Assembly (NCBI GenBank): GCA_963704725.1
Contig: OY969934.1
Coordinates: 320,001 to 384,000, forward strand
Length of the DNA stretch: 64,000 bases
Source of the DNA: an uncultured Actinomycetes bacterium
GTDB taxonomy: Bacteria > Actinomycetota > UBA4738 > HRBIN12
Direction: 5' to 3'
Shown here: positions 18,989 through 30,837 of the stretch, in pieces
Position numbering within the stretch: the first letter of the stretch is position 1
Layout of the letters: each line of letters opens with the position of its first letter
The notes under the pieces: model-generated
What the model was told of the DNA's origin: nothing
The model's database searches: none
Seen by the model: the letters and a program-made list of their open reading frames with translations, nothing else
Program-made: the position numbers and the translations under genes

Positions 18989-19681
18989 ATGGCTTCGGAG
19001 AGACGGCTCGCGAGGATCGCAGGTCTGCTGTACCTGGCGGTCGCCGTGCTCGGCGGCTTCGCGGAGCTCTACGTGCGCGACCGCATCGTCGAGCTCGGGG
19101 ACCCGGCCGCGACGGCCGGGAACATCCGGGCGTCGGCCACGCTGTTCCGCGCCGGATTCGTCGCGGACCTCGCCCAGGCGACGATCTTCCTGTTCACCGC
19201 GATGGCGCTGTACCTGCTGCTCCGCGGCGTGAACGAGCTGGTGGCGCGCGCGATGGTCGTCATCGTCGCGGTGAGCGTCGCGATCATGTGCCTGAACCTG
19301 CTCAACCAGTTCACGGCGCTCCAGCTCGCCACCGGCGAGACGGCCGGATCCGCCGCCCAGGCGGGGCTGTTCGCCGAGATGCACCACGCCGGGTACCTGA
19401 TCGCGCAGGTCTTCTTCGGCCTGTGGCTGCTGCCGCTCGGCTACCTGGTCGTGCGGTCCGGATGGTTCCCGAAGGCGATCGGCGTCCTGCTGATCGCGGG
19501 GTGCTTCGGCTACCTGATCGACACGTTCGCGCGGTTCCTGGCTCCGAGCGTCGCGGACGGGATCGGGGCGGTCGTCCTCGTGCCGGCGGCGATCGGGGAG
19601 CTGTCGTTCGTGGCCTGGTTGCTCGTCAAGGGCGTGCGCGTCCGCGAGCGCGACGCGCTCGTGCCCGCGGTGGCGGCGTAG
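18989..19681 (+). CDS. DUF4386 family membrane protein
   Basis: ARIAGLLYL, FFGLWLLPLGYLV, GELSFVAWLLVKGV. Confidence 0.8.
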   Translation: MASERRLARIAGLLYLAVAVLGGFAELYVRDRIVELGDPAATAGNIRASATLFRAGFVADLAQATIFLFTAMALYLLLRGVNELVARAMVVIVAVSVAIMCLNLLNQFTALQLATGETAGSAAQAGLFAEMHHAGYLIAQVFFGLWLLPLGYLVVRSGWFPKAIGVLLIAGCFGYLIDTFARFLAPSVADGIGAVVLVPAAIGELSFVAWLLVKGVRVRERDALVPAVAA

Positions 19682-19694
19682 GTCGAGAGAGGAG

Positions 19695-20663
19695 ATGGCG
19701 ATGAAGGCGATCGTGCAGGACAGGTACGGGACCGCGGACGTGCTCGAGTTCCGGGACGTGCCGGAGCCGGACGTGGGGGAGGGCGAGGTCCGCATCCGGG
19801 TGCGGGCGGCGGGCGCGGGGCCCGACGTGTGGCACCTCATGACGGGGCAGCCGTACTTCGCGCGGCTCATGCCGGGGTTCCGGAAGATCTGGGGGCACCC
19901 CCGCGGCCGCGACGTGGCCGGCGTCGTCGAGTCCGTCGGCGCGAAGGTCACCGGGCTCGCGCCCGGCGACGAGGTGATGGGCATCGCCGAGGGCACGTTC
20001 GCCGAGCTCGCGGTGGGCACGGCCGAGCTCGTCGTCCCCAAGCCGTCGAGGCTCTCGTTCGAGGAGGCCGCCGCGGCGCCGATCTCGGGCCTCACGGCGG
20101 TCCAGGCGATCCGCGATTTCGCGAAGGTGAAGCCCGGGCAGCGCGTGCTCGTGATCGGCGCGGGCGGCGGCGCCGGCACCCTGACCGTGCAGGTCGCGAA
20201 GGCCTTCGGCGCCCACGTCACCGGGGTGGCGAGCACGTCGAAGCTCGAGCTCGTGCGCTCGGTCGGCGCCGACGAGGTCATCGACTACACGCGCCAGGAG
20301 CTCGCCGGCCGGTGGGACGCGATCGTCGACACGGCCGGCCGGCGTCCGCTCCGCGTGCTCCGCAAGCTCCTCACGCCGACCGGTGTGCTCGGGATCGTCG
20401 GCGGCGACGGCGGCGGGCGGTGGACGGGCGGGTTCTTCCGCCAGGTCCTCCGCGCGCCGATCGTCTCGCTGTTCACGAGGCAGCGGCTCGGCCCGGTGAT
20501 CGCGAAGGAGAAGGGCGAGGACCTGCGCGCGCTCGCCGAGCTGATCGAGCGCGGCGACGTCACGCCGGTCGTCGGCCGGACGTTCCCGCTGATCGAGGCC
20601 GCCGACGCGATCCGCCACATCGAGGGCGGTCACGCCGCCGGCAAGGTCGTCGTGACGGTCTGA
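19695..20663 (+). CDS. NAD(P)-dependent zinc-independent MDR oxidoreductase
   Basis: MKAIVQDRYG, GRDVAGVV, GAGGGAG, GHAAGKVVVTV. Confidence 0.9.
   Translation: MAMKAIVQDRYGTADVLEFRDVPEPDVGEGEVRIRVRAAGAGPDVWHLMTGQPYFARLMPGFRKIWGHPRGRDVAGVVESVGAKVTGLAPGDEVMGIAEGTFAELAVGTAELVVPKPSRLSFEEAAAAPISGLTAVQAIRDFAKVKPGQRVLVIGAGGGAGTLTVQVAKAFGAHVTGVASTSKLELVRSVGADEVIDYTRQELAGRWDAIVDTAGRRPLRVLRKLLTPTGVLGIVGGDGGGRWTGGFFRQVLRAPIVSLFTRQRLGPVIAKEKGEDLRALAELIERGDVTPVVGRTFPLIEAADAIRHIEGGHAAGKVVVTV
20501..20663 (+). repeat. Direct repeat copy 1 (3' end of the MDR gene)
   Basis: 163 bp, ungapped match to 29471-29633, 19 mismatches by hand count. Confidence 0.9.
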
Positions 20664-20813
20664 TCACCGCTCTTGGATGGCCTGCACGGGTGCGAGCCGG
20701 CAGCCATCCGCCGCCCGGAGGCGCTCGAGGATCTCGATCGTGCCGATGTGCGCGACCCCCCGCGCCCAGCCGCTCCCGAGCGCGAGGCCGATCCGCGGTC
20801 GGCGTGAGCTCAT
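20664..20813 (-). pseudogene. Truncated N-terminus of a patatin-like phospholipase
   Basis: RIGLALGSGWARGVAHIGTIEILE with no GxSxG following; ATGA-coupled to the hemerythrin gene. Confidence 0.7.
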
Positions 20814-21346
20814 CGTCGGCTCGCACCTGCGGCTTTGACCGGCTCGGCCTCGGGCCACTCGGGAGGCGGGCCGTACTCGGCGGCGAGACGGTCGAGGACC
20901 GCCTGACGGCGCTCGGGCGGCAGCTCCTGCAGCAGCGGGAGGTAGAGATGCTCGAGCTTCTCGAGGTGCAGCCGGACGATCGCCTCGAGCTGCGCCGCGA
21001 GGCGTTGGATCCGCTCCGTGCCGTCGCGCTGGGCCTCCGGGGGTGCGCCGAGGGTCAGGAGCGCGAGCCCCTCCGCCTCGTTCATCGTGTCGTCGATCGC
21101 GCGGATGTCGAAGATCATCGGCGCCATCACCTCGTCGTCCGAACGGACGAGCGGCGCCACGACGGGGAAGAGCGCCGACTCGTTCGCTTGCATGTACCGG
21201 ATGACGTCCTCGGCCAGCGACGACAGCGCGTCCCCGAGCAGGGGCTCGTCGTCGTTCGCGCGCTCGTCGAGTTGACCGAGCGCCGCTTCGATGCGCGTCC
21301 GGAACGCGCGATGGTAGGACCGGATGATGTCCTCTGCGTCGACCAT
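20810..21346 (-). CDS. Hemerythrin-like domain protein (divergent ligands)
   Basis: YH.., YMQANESALFP, HLEKLEHLYLPLL. Confidence 0.65.
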   Translation of the reverse strand: MVDAEDIIRSYHRAFRTRIEAALGQLDERANDDEPLLGDALSSLAEDVIRYMQANESALFPVVAPLVRSDDEVMAPMIFDIRAIDDTMNEAEGLALLTLGAPPEAQRDGTERIQRLAAQLEAIVRLHLEKLEHLYLPLLQELPPERRQAVLDRLAAEYGPPPEWPEAEPVKAAGASRR

Positions 21347-21350
21347 GTCC

Positions 21351-22420
21351 TCACACCTCCTCATCGGGGCCCGTGTCCTGCCCCTCGATCGGGATCCACA
21401 GCTCCAGCGTCATGCCGTGACCGGATGACGCCGACGCGTCGACGCGTCCGCCGATCGGGCTGAGCCGCCGGCGGATCGGGTCGAGCACGGTGTTTCGCCA
21501 GGCATGCGGGTCCGTCGTTCCGTCGTCGAAGATCGTGACCAGGAGCCCTCCGTCACGTTCGGCGAGCTCCACCTCGATCCGCGAGGCGTCGACGTTCGTC
21601 TCGAGGAACGCGAGGATCTCGCGCACCATCTCGTGGGCGATCGTCGCGACATCGACGGGCAGCGGCTCCGTCAACCGGTCGCGGACCTCGTGGGTCACGG
21701 TCGTGCGGCGCCCGACCTCGCCGAAAGCGATCTCGATCGCCGCCGCGAGTCCGGTCTGCTCCTGAACGGGTCGACGAAGCCCGGACACCATGGCTCTGGT
21801 CGACCTGGTTGCCGCGTCGAGCGCCTCGCCGAGGCGCTGGGCCTCAGCGAGGTTCCCGGGCGCGAGGCTCTCGTTCAGGAGGTAGAGCCGGAGCGTCGCG
21901 ACGGTCAGGTGCTGAAGCGTGGACTCGTGGAGCTCGTTCGCGATCCGAGCGCGCTCCTCGCCGACGGCGAGATCCAGCCGGGCGCTCAGCCGACGGCGTT
22001 CGACCGCCGGCGCCCGGACCGATCGACGGGACCGATCAAGCTCGTCGGTGCGAGCCAGTTCGTCCGAGACGTCTTCGCCCATCGCGAGGACGTACTCGGT
22101 GCCGTCCGCCTCGACGAGCTCGGCGGACCCGCGCAGCACCCGGACCATGCCGTCCTTCGAGCGGAGCTCGACCGCGACGCCCGAGACAGGACGGCCGCCC
22201 CTGAGCTCCTCGAGGATGCGCCCGATGAGGTCGCGATCGACCCAGAGGCCGAGGTCCGCGGGGCGCTTCCCGAGCACCTCGTCGCGATCGAAGCCGGTCA
22301 CGCGGAGGAACGCGTCGTTGACGTCGACGATCCGTTCCCCGGCGGGCGCGAGCACCGTCGCGGGGTCGGCCGTCAGGTCGAACGCTCGGGCGCGGACCGG
22401 GTCGAGATCGTGGTTGCTCG

Positions 22421-22424
<4 letters not shown>
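21351..22424 (-). CDS. PAS-domain HisKA_3-type sensor kinase-like protein with degenerate ATPase domain
   Basis: DVNDAFLRVTGFDRDEVLGK; ERARIANELHE; DDG present but N and G2 boxes not recognisable. Confidence 0.75.
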
Positions 22425-24325
<1,901 letters not shown>

Positions 24326-24398
24326 CGTGAGCCTCCCCTTCTCGGGAACCCGCTCCGGCACCGGTCGTGCCCCTCGCGTGGTTCCATCCGATAGCCCC

Positions 24399-24455
24399 AC
24401 TCTCGGTCCGGGCCCCGGCCCTCACATCCGTGGGACCACCGGCGCGTCCACCGGT
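24399..24455 (-). promoter_or_regulatory. Shared promoter motif upstream of ftsH
   Basis: CCGGTG-6-CCGGTG-6-CGGATGTG-18-GAGAGT. Confidence 0.65.
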
Positions 24456-24487
24456 GTGTCGCGAGCGCTGGCGCCCCCTCGACACGG

Positions 24488-24520
24488 CGGACGCCGGCGC
24501 CACGGGGGCGCCGGCGTCCG
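24488..24520. terminator. GC-rich hairpin after the HdeD-like gene
   Basis: CGGACGCCGGCGCC / GGCGCCGGCGTCCG. Confidence 0.55.
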
Positions 24521-24535
24521 GGTCGATCCGTCGGG

Positions 24536-25156
24536 TCAGCTGCGGGGCCGGTCGAGCTCCTTCGAGATCGAACGCATCTCGAACGCGAGCACGATCTCCG
24601 AGAAGCCTCGGAACATCGCGTAGAACCCCACCCACACCAGGACGAGCGCGGCCTGGGCCGGATACAGCTGCTGCGACGCCCAGAAACCGAGCAGGGTCTC
24701 GAGGATCCCGACCACGAGGCCGAGGCCCCAGATCGGGTTCACGATCCGCGACATCGTCGAGGCGATGATCTGCACCGATCCGCGGAGGATCAGCAGCAGC
24801 CCGAACACCGCCGCGAGCGCCCAGAAGGACTCGATCGGCCGGATGAAGCACCACGTCGCACCAGCGACGAACGCCACCGAGAGCAGCACGTGCACCCATC
24901 GCCCGGACGGGCGGACGGCGGCGATGAAGGCCTCGTCCGCGCCGGACAGCAGGAACACCACCCCGAGCAGACCGCCGACGGTGGCGATGGAGGCAACGTC
25001 GAACCGCAGGACCAGCGCCGCGATCAGCATCCAAGCCACGCCGGCGACCGCGAAGAGCCACCATCCGCCGGTCATCAACCGCGCGGCGTCGCGTGCCGCA
25101 TCGCCGGCGCCTTCCGTGTGGAGCGTGAACGGACGCTCCGGGTTGCTCATCGACAT
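24536..25156 (-). CDS. HdeD/DUF308 family membrane protein
   Basis: WWLFAVAGVAW; about six TM segments; VWVGFYAMFRGFSEIVLAF. Confidence 0.8.
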   Translation of the reverse strand: MSMSNPERPFTLHTEGAGDAARDAARLMTGGWWLFAVAGVAWMLIAALVLRFDVASIATVGGLLGVVFLLSGADEAFIAAVRPSGRWVHVLLSVAFVAGATWCFIRPIESFWALAAVFGLLLILRGSVQIIASTMSRIVNPIWGLGLVVGILETLLGFWASQQLYPAQAALVLVWVGFYAMFRGFSEIVLAFEMRSISKELDRPRS

Positions 25157-25212
25157 CGTTCTCTCCTTCCCTTCCGTGTCCGGGCTCTCTTCCGGCCCGG
25201 GAACCGACACCG

Positions 25213-25268
25213 ACTCTCGTCGTGGCCGACCCCGGCCGCATCCGTGGACCCACCGGTTGGAGCACCGG
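25213..25268 (-). promoter_or_regulatory. Shared promoter motif upstream of the HdeD-like gene
   Basis: CCGGTG-6-CCGGTG-6-CGGATGCG-18-GAGAGT. Confidence 0.65.
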
Positions 25269-25347
25269 CCACCCGGCGGCTCGCCTCGCCGGAGCCGGAA
25301 CGCGTGCCGGGGTAGGCTTCGACGGGCGAGGATCGCGGGGGGCGCGG

Positions 25348-28113
25348 ATGGTCCAGGGATCGGCCGCCGGACGCGGCGCTACCGCAGGGGCTCCGCTGCG
25401 CGGCCGCGATGTCGAGCTCGCGGCGATCGAGGGCCTCATCACGCGCGCTCGCGAGGGCCGGGGCGCCGGCGCGATCGTGCTGATCGGCGACGCCGGTCTC
25501 GGCACCTCCGCCCTGCTCGAGCGTGCGGCGGCGCTCGCAGACGGGATGCGAGTCCTGCGGTGCGTCGGCGCCCCGACAGAGGTCGAGCTGCCGTTCGCCG
25601 GCTTGCTGCAGATGCTGCGACCGCTGCTCGGGCTGCTCGCGCGCCTCCCGGCGCCGCAAGCCGCCGCGCTGCGAGGCGTGTTCGGTCTGTCGCCCGACCG
25701 GGTCGAGGATCGGTTCCTCATCTCGGTCGGCGCGCTGACGCTGCTCGGCGAGGCGGCGGAGGACGAGCCGCTCCTGTGCCTCATCGACGATGTCGGATCG
25801 CTCGACCACGAGACCGTCGAGACCCTCGTGTTCGTCACCCGCCGGCTGGAGGCGGAACGGATCGGGCTGCTCGTCGCGCTCACCGAGGAGGAAGCGGCGC
25901 GGTTCGCGCTCGCGAGCGTGACCGCCGTCCGGCTCTCGCCGCTCGAGGTCGACGATTCGCTCGCCGCCGTGCGCGACGTGGCCGGACCGGACGTGTCGCC
26001 TTCGGTCGCCGGCCGGATCGTCGCGGCCGCGGGCGGGGTGCCGCTCCTGCTGACCGAGCTCGTGGCGTCACTGTCGGCCGATCAGCTCCGCGGCCGCGAG
26101 CCGCTACCGGTCCCCCTCCCGGTCCCCGCGGGCGTCGAGGAGCTGTATCGGCAGCGCCTGCGGGCGCTCTCCGGGGCGACGCAGACGGCGCTCCTCGTCG
26201 CTGCGGCGACGCAGTTCGGGGAGATGAAGACGGTCTCCGCAGCCCTCACGAGCCTCGGTGTCGACGAGGACGCGTTGGACGCCGCGGCTCGGGCGGGGCT
26301 CGTCGACGTCGGCGATCGCGTCGTGTTCCGGCACCCGGCCGTGCGGCTGGCCGCGTACGCAGGTGCGTCGTCGGCCGACCGCCGGCGTGCGCACGAGGCG
26401 CTCGCCTCGGTCCTCGTCGACGCCGTGGATGAGGACCTCAGGGTGTGGCACCGCGCGCTCGCGACCGTCGGACCGGACGAGGGTGTCGCCGCCGAGCTCG
26501 AACGCTCGGCCGACCGGGCGGCCGCGCGCAGCGGGTGCGCCGGCGCGGCCTCGGCGCTCGAGCGGGCGGCCGCGCTCAGCGTCGACGACGCAGGCCGGGC
26601 CCGCCGGCTCGCGCGCGCGGCGGAGCTCGCGTGGCTCGGCGGGCAGTCCGACCGCGCGATGGCCTTCGCGGGCGAGGCGGAGGCGCTCGACCGCGATCGA
26701 GTGATCCGCGCGAGGCTGGATCTCGTCCGTGCCGCGTGGGAGGCGCAGCACGGCGTGACGAGCGACGCGATCCCGCTTCTCCTGCAGGCATCGTCGGCGG
26801 TGGAGGACGAGGATGCGGAGACGGCGTTGCGGTCGCTCTTCAGCGGCGTGATGGTGATGTCGTTGGTCGGCCGGCGACCCGCACCGCGGGACCTCGAGCG
26901 CCTCGGGCGGCTCGCGCGTCGGACGCCTCACGGCGATGCATTGGTCGCCCTCGTCACGGTCCAGGACTGGATGGCCGCCGGCGCGACGACGCCGGCACCG
27001 ATGTCCCCCGGGGACGTGGCATCGATCGTCGAGCGCGTCGACGACCCGCTCTCCGCACCGTTCGCGATCCCGACCGCGGCGTACCTCGGCGATCTCGGCG
27101 CTGCACGGATCAACGGGGAGGTCGTCGTGCGACGGGCGCGGGCGCGTGGCGCGGTCGCGATGCTCTCGTTCGCGCTGCGCGGCCTGGCGGGGCTCGAGTT
27201 CTGGGCGCGGCGGTTCGACGACGCGCGGATCAACGCGGCCGAGGGCCTGCGGCTCGGCCTCGAGACCGGCAACGAGAACGTGGCGTTCGTCCACCACGGG
27301 ATCCTCGCGGCCGTCGCCGCCGCACGTGGCGACGAGGCGACATGCCGCGAGGAGGCCGAAGCCGCGCTGCTCGGCGCGATCGAACGGGGCAACCGCGACG
27401 CGATCGAGTGGGCGAACTTCGCGCTCGGTCATCTCGAGCTGAGCCTCGGTGATCCGGACGCGGCGGATCGCTTCGAAGCCGTGTGGGCGCAACCGGGGAT
27501 CGGCGAGCCACGGCTGATCGGCGCGGCCGACGCTGTCGAGGCCGCCGTCCGCACCGAGCGGCGCCCGGTTGCCGAGCTCCGCCTCGCGGAGCTCGAGCGA
27601 TGGACGGCCCACACGCACGCTCCGTGGGCGCTCCCGCTCGTCGCGCGCTGCCGTGGGCTACTCGCGACCGGCGAGGCGGCGGAGCTGCACCTCGAGCAGG
27701 CGCTCGCGCTCCACGACGCCGGGGGGTCGGCGTTCGACCGGGCAAGGACGGAGCTCCTGCTCGGCGAGCTGCTGCGGCGCGATCGTCGGCGTGCCGACGC
27801 TCGCCCGCATCTCCGCGCGGCGGCCGAGACCTTCGCGAGCGTTCGAGCCGTGATCTGGGAGGAGCGGGCGCGGCACGAGCTCCGCACGACCGGCGAGGTC
27901 CTCCGCCGCCGTGACCCTGAGGCGATCTGGCAGCTCACGCCGCAGGAGCTCCAGATCGCCAGGATCGTCGCGCGCGGCGCGAGCAACCGCGATGCCGCCG
28001 CCGAGCTCTTCCTCAGCCCCCGCACGGTCGAGTACCACCTCCGGAAGGTCTTCACCAAGCTCGGCGTCTCCTCCCGCGCCGAGCTCGCCCGGATGTCGCT
28101 CGACGCCCCTTAG
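25348..28113 (+). CDS. Large ATP-binding LuxR (LAL) regulator
   Basis: LRGRDVEL, GDAGLGTS (Walker A Lys replaced by Thr), LCLIDD, FRHPAVR, C-terminal LTPQELQIAR..LSPRTVEYHLRKVFTKLGV. Confidence 0.92.
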   Translation: MVQGSAAGRGATAGAPLRGRDVELAAIEGLITRAREGRGAGAIVLIGDAGLGTSALLERAAALADGMRVLRCVGAPTEVELPFAGLLQMLRPLLGLLARLPAPQAAALRGVFGLSPDRVEDRFLISVGALTLLGEAAEDEPLLCLIDDVGSLDHETVETLVFVTRRLEAERIGLLVALTEEEAARFALASVTAVRLSPLEVDDSLAAVRDVAGPDVSPSVAGRIVAAAGGVPLLLTELVASLSADQLRGREPLPVPLPVPAGVEELYRQRLRALSGATQTALLVAAATQFGEMKTVSAALTSLGVDEDALDAAARAGLVDVGDRVVFRHPAVRLAAYAGASSADRRRAHEALASVLVDAVDEDLRVWHRALATVGPDEGVAAELERSADRAAARSGCAGAASALERAAALSVDDAGRARRLARAAELAWLGGQSDRAMAFAGEAEALDRDRVIRARLDLVRAAWEAQHGVTSDAIPLLLQASSAVEDEDAETALRSLFSGVMVMSLVGRRPAPRDLERLGRLARRTPHGDALVALVTVQDWMAAGATTPAPMSPGDVASIVERVDDPLSAPFAIPTAAYLGDLGAARINGEVVVRRARARGAVAMLSFALRGLAGLEFWARRFDDARINAAEGLRLGLETGNENVAFVHHGILAAVAAARGDEATCREEAEAALLGAIERGNRDAIEWANFALGHLELSLGDPDAADRFEAVWAQPGIGEPRLIGAADAVEAAVRTERRPVAELRLAELERWTAHTHAPWALPLVARCRGLLATGEAAELHLEQALALHDAGGSAFDRARTELLLGELLRRDRRRADARPHLRAAAETFASVRAVIWEERARHELRTTGEVLRRRDPEAIWQLTPQELQIARIVARGASNRDAAAELFLSPRTVEYHLRKVFTKLGVSSRAELARMSLDAP

Positions 28114-28144
28114 CGCGTCGCACCGCCGCGCGGGGGTGCACCGA

Positions 28145-28200
28145 CCGGTGATCGTCCTGGTCGCTCCACGGATGTGACGCATCCCCTCGAGCACCACTCT
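28145..28200 (+). promoter_or_regulatory. Shared promoter motif upstream of the hypothetical/DAG-kinase operon
   Basis: CCGGTG-6-CTGGTC-6-CGGATGTG-18-CACTCT. Confidence 0.6.
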
Positions 28201-28224
28201 GGAGGCATCGAGGGGTAGGAGGAG

Positions 28225-28524
28225 ATGAGGACCATGGGACCGGCGTTCAACGCGGGGGCCGAGGTCATGAACCACGTGTTCCGCACGTACCTGCTGATCG
28301 GGACCGGGGCGTTCTTGGTGATCGTCGGGATGTTGCTCGCGGGGGATCGGGTGCGGTCGCTCCGGCGACGCCGTCGCGCTCGCGCGAGGAAGGATGACCT
28401 GTGCTCGGCGTTCGCCGAGGCCGTCGCGCTCGGCGACCTGGATGGCGCCGAGGCGATCGCCGCCGTCGCCTTCATGCAGCCCGGCGTGGGCAGCGCGTCG
28501 AACCGCGGGGCCGGCGTCCGATGA
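28225..28524 (+). CDS. Single-TM hypothetical protein
   Basis: RBS AGGAG, TM helix, ATGA overlap with the next gene. Confidence 0.6.
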   Translation: MRTMGPAFNAGAEVMNHVFRTYLLIGTGAFLVIVGMLLAGDRVRSLRRRRRARARKDDLCSAFAEAVALGDLDGAEAIAAVAFMQPGVGSASNRGAGVR

Positions 28525-29402
28525 GGCTCCCCGCTCGGTCGCGCCCGCGCTCGGGATGGGGACTCGCCGACGCGCCGCGACACCCGGCCCTGTTCGTGAA
28601 TCCGTCGTCGGGCCGAGGCAAGGCCGAGCGGGTCGGGCTCGTCGGGTCCGCGCGCGAACGCGGGATCGAGGTCGTGGTGCTGTCGCCGGGCGACGACTTG
28701 CTCGCCCTCGTTCGAGGCGCGGTTGCTCGCGGCGCCGACGCCCTGGGCGTCGCCGGCGGGGACGGCTCTCTCGGTGCGGTCGCGGCGATCGCGTCGGCGC
28801 ACGGGCTGCGGTTCGTGTGCGTCCCCGTCGGCACGCGGAATCACTTCGCGCTCGACATCGGCCTCGACCGGCACGACCCGATCGCCGCCCTCGGCGCCTT
28901 CACCGACCCGGTCGAGCATCGGATCGACGTCGGCGAGGTGAACGGACGCGTCTTCCTCAACAACGTCTCGATGGGCGTCTACGGGGACGCGGTCCGACGA
29001 CCGGCGTACCGCGACGCGAAGGTCCGGACCTTGCTCGAGACGGCGGAGGAGGTCCTCGATCTCACGGGCGGCACGTCGGAGGTCGAAATCGTCGACGACA
29101 TCGGACGCGAGCACACGAATCCGGCCGTGGTCATCGTGTCGAACAACCCCTACGCGCTCGAGCCCCGGAACCGGGTGGGTGCGCGTGCGGCGCTGGACGG
29201 CGGCCTGCTCGGGGTCGTCGTCCTCGATCCGCCGCGACCGGGCCGGCCACCCCGGGGCCGGGCGTGGACGGCGCCGCGCCTCGAGGTCGCCTCCACCGGC
29301 ACCGTGCACGCGGGCATCGACGGCGAGGCCGTCGATCTCGTTCCCCCGCTGCGGTTCGGCGTCCGTCCGGCGGCGCTCCGCGTGCTCGTCCCCGCGCCCT
29401 GA
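28521..29402 (+). CDS. Diacylglycerol/lipid kinase family protein
   Basis: VNPSSG, GGDGSL, PVGTRNHFALD, FLNNVSMG, IDGE. Confidence 0.88.
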   Translation: MRLPARSRPRSGWGLADAPRHPALFVNPSSGRGKAERVGLVGSARERGIEVVVLSPGDDLLALVRGAVARGADALGVAGGDGSLGAVAAIASAHGLRFVCVPVGTRNHFALDIGLDRHDPIAALGAFTDPVEHRIDVGEVNGRVFLNNVSMGVYGDAVRRPAYRDAKVRTLLETAEEVLDLTGGTSEVEIVDDIGREHTNPAVVIVSNNPYALEPRNRVGARAALDGGLLGVVVLDPPRPGRPPRGRAWTAPRLEVASTGTVHAGIDGEAVDLVPPLRFGVRPAALRVLVPAP

Positions 29403-29470
29403 ACCGGCTGTCTCCCCGCGTCTGCGGGGACGGCAACCCTCGAGCCCAGGGTCGGCGGTCAGCCCCCGGC

Positions 29471-29633
29471 CGCGAAAGAGAGCGGCGAGGACCTGCGCGC
29501 GCTCGCCGGGCTGATCGAGCGCGGCGAGATCACACCGGTCGTCGACCGGACGTTCCAACTGGTCGAGGCCGCCGACGCGATCCGGTATCTCGAGCAAGGG
29601 CACGCCGCCGGCAAGGTCGTCGTGACGGTCTGA
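29471..29633 (+). repeat. Direct repeat copy 2: orphan MDR 3' end
   Basis: Encodes AKESGEDLRALAGLIERGEITPVV..GHAAGKVVVTV* without the rest of the gene. Confidence 0.9.
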
Positions 29634-29660
29634 CCTCGCGGATCGCTGGTCCGGGGGCGC

Positions 29661-30217
29661 TCAGGAGTCCCCGCCGGGCGCCCGCTTCCCGGCAGCCTCG
29701 ATCCAGCCCATGACCCGCCGTCTGACGGCCTCGGGCCCGGGAAGGAGCTTTGCGCGTTCGGACGGGACCTCGGCCCGGATCAGACGGGCATCGAGGAGCG
29801 CCCGGGCGAACCGATAGTCCTTCTCGCGTCCGGCGACCAGCTTCGAAACGACCAGATCGTGGGGCTCGAGGCAGACGGCCTTGCTCTCGCCAGCCTCGGG
29901 GTCGTCGAACGAGGCGACACGCTTCTCCCAACCTGCGGGGAGGATCGCCGTGGAGAGGCTGACACTTGCCCGTAGATACCGAACTCGTCGTGGAAGGGCG
30001 AGAGCTCGCCGATCGCACCATCGACGAGGTCGGACTTGCGCTCCTCCGGATCGTCGAAGAATGCGATGTCGGCTTCGATCGACAGCATGGCTTCCCGCGG
30101 CAGTGCGTCCTCGTCGAAGCCCGCGAGGATGGCCTGGCTCCCGATCACGAGGATCCGGGGATCGTTGGTGACGTCGCACGCGGCGCGGAGGATGTGCGCG
30201 AGGTCGCTCCTCCTCAC
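29661..30217 (-). CDS. DUF6036 nucleotidyltransferase-like protein (frameshift near 29965)
   Basis: LVIGSQAIL, SIEADIAF, GELSPFH..YGQ / VSLSTAILPAGW, HDLVVSKLVAGREKD. Confidence 0.8.
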
Positions 30218-30747
30218 GATCCGCTCCTGCGCCGGGTGGCCCGGAAGGCGGAGAGCACGCGCTGCCGCTCCTCCTTGGTCAGCACACCGGCGAACGGCGA
30301 GTTCTGCCGAAGCTCACGGAACCGAGGAGCCCTGGACGTGAGCGCCTCGAGGATGCGATCGAGCGGTCCACGAAGGAGAGACTCCCACTCATCGAGCCAC
30401 CGGCGGCTCACACCACGCGAGTGGACCACCTTGAGCTCGGCGAGATTCTCCCGAGCCTTCTGGAGGACGCCCGAGGGATCCGCGACGAGCTTGCCGGCCG
30501 CCGCATGCCCGAGCCAGAGGCTCCGTTCCTGGTCCAGCGTCAGTCGCTGGGTACGGGTTCGCAGCGCCTCGATGTCGGAGCGGCGGATGCGCCGATGCTT
30601 CCCCGTCGTGACGAACGGCAGGTCGCCCCGGTCGCACAGGTCGACCACGTGTTGGCGCGAGGTGTTGAGGATCTTCGCCGCCTCCCCGGTCGTCAGGAGC
30701 TCGTCACCCTCAGGGCCGATCACAGCGTCCACGGCCTGGACTCTCAT
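30214..30747 (-). CDS. Excisionase-like HTH protein, probable antitoxin partner
   Basis: LLTTGEAAKILNTSRQHVVDLCDRGDLP..GKHRRI; C-terminal ELRQNSPFAGVL. Confidence 0.8.
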   Translation of the reverse strand: MRVQAVDAVIGPEGDELLTTGEAAKILNTSRQHVVDLCDRGDLPFVTTGKHRRIRRSDIEALRTRTQRLTLDQERSLWLGHAAAGKLVADPSGVLQKARENLAELKVVHSRGVSRRWLDEWESLLRGPLDRILEALTSRAPRFRELRQNSPFAGVLTKEERQRVLSAFRATRRRSGS

Positions 30748-30767
30748 GCCGGCTATCGCACGTCATA

Positions 30768-30815
30768 ATCACAAGAAACACAATACCCCGCTACGCGAGT
30801 AGTGTTTCTTGTGAT
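30768..30815. promoter_or_regulatory. Perfect 14-bp inverted repeat, probable operator
   Basis: ATCACAAGAAACAC-20-GTGTTTCTTGTGAT. Confidence 0.75.
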
Positions 30816-30837
30816 ATCTGCGCCCGGGTCAGCCGAG

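Noticed and set aside
30214-30747. Excisionase-like HTH as the island's recombination directionality factor
   Set aside because: Fused to an extra domain, coupled to DUF6036, outside the repeats, and no integrase present
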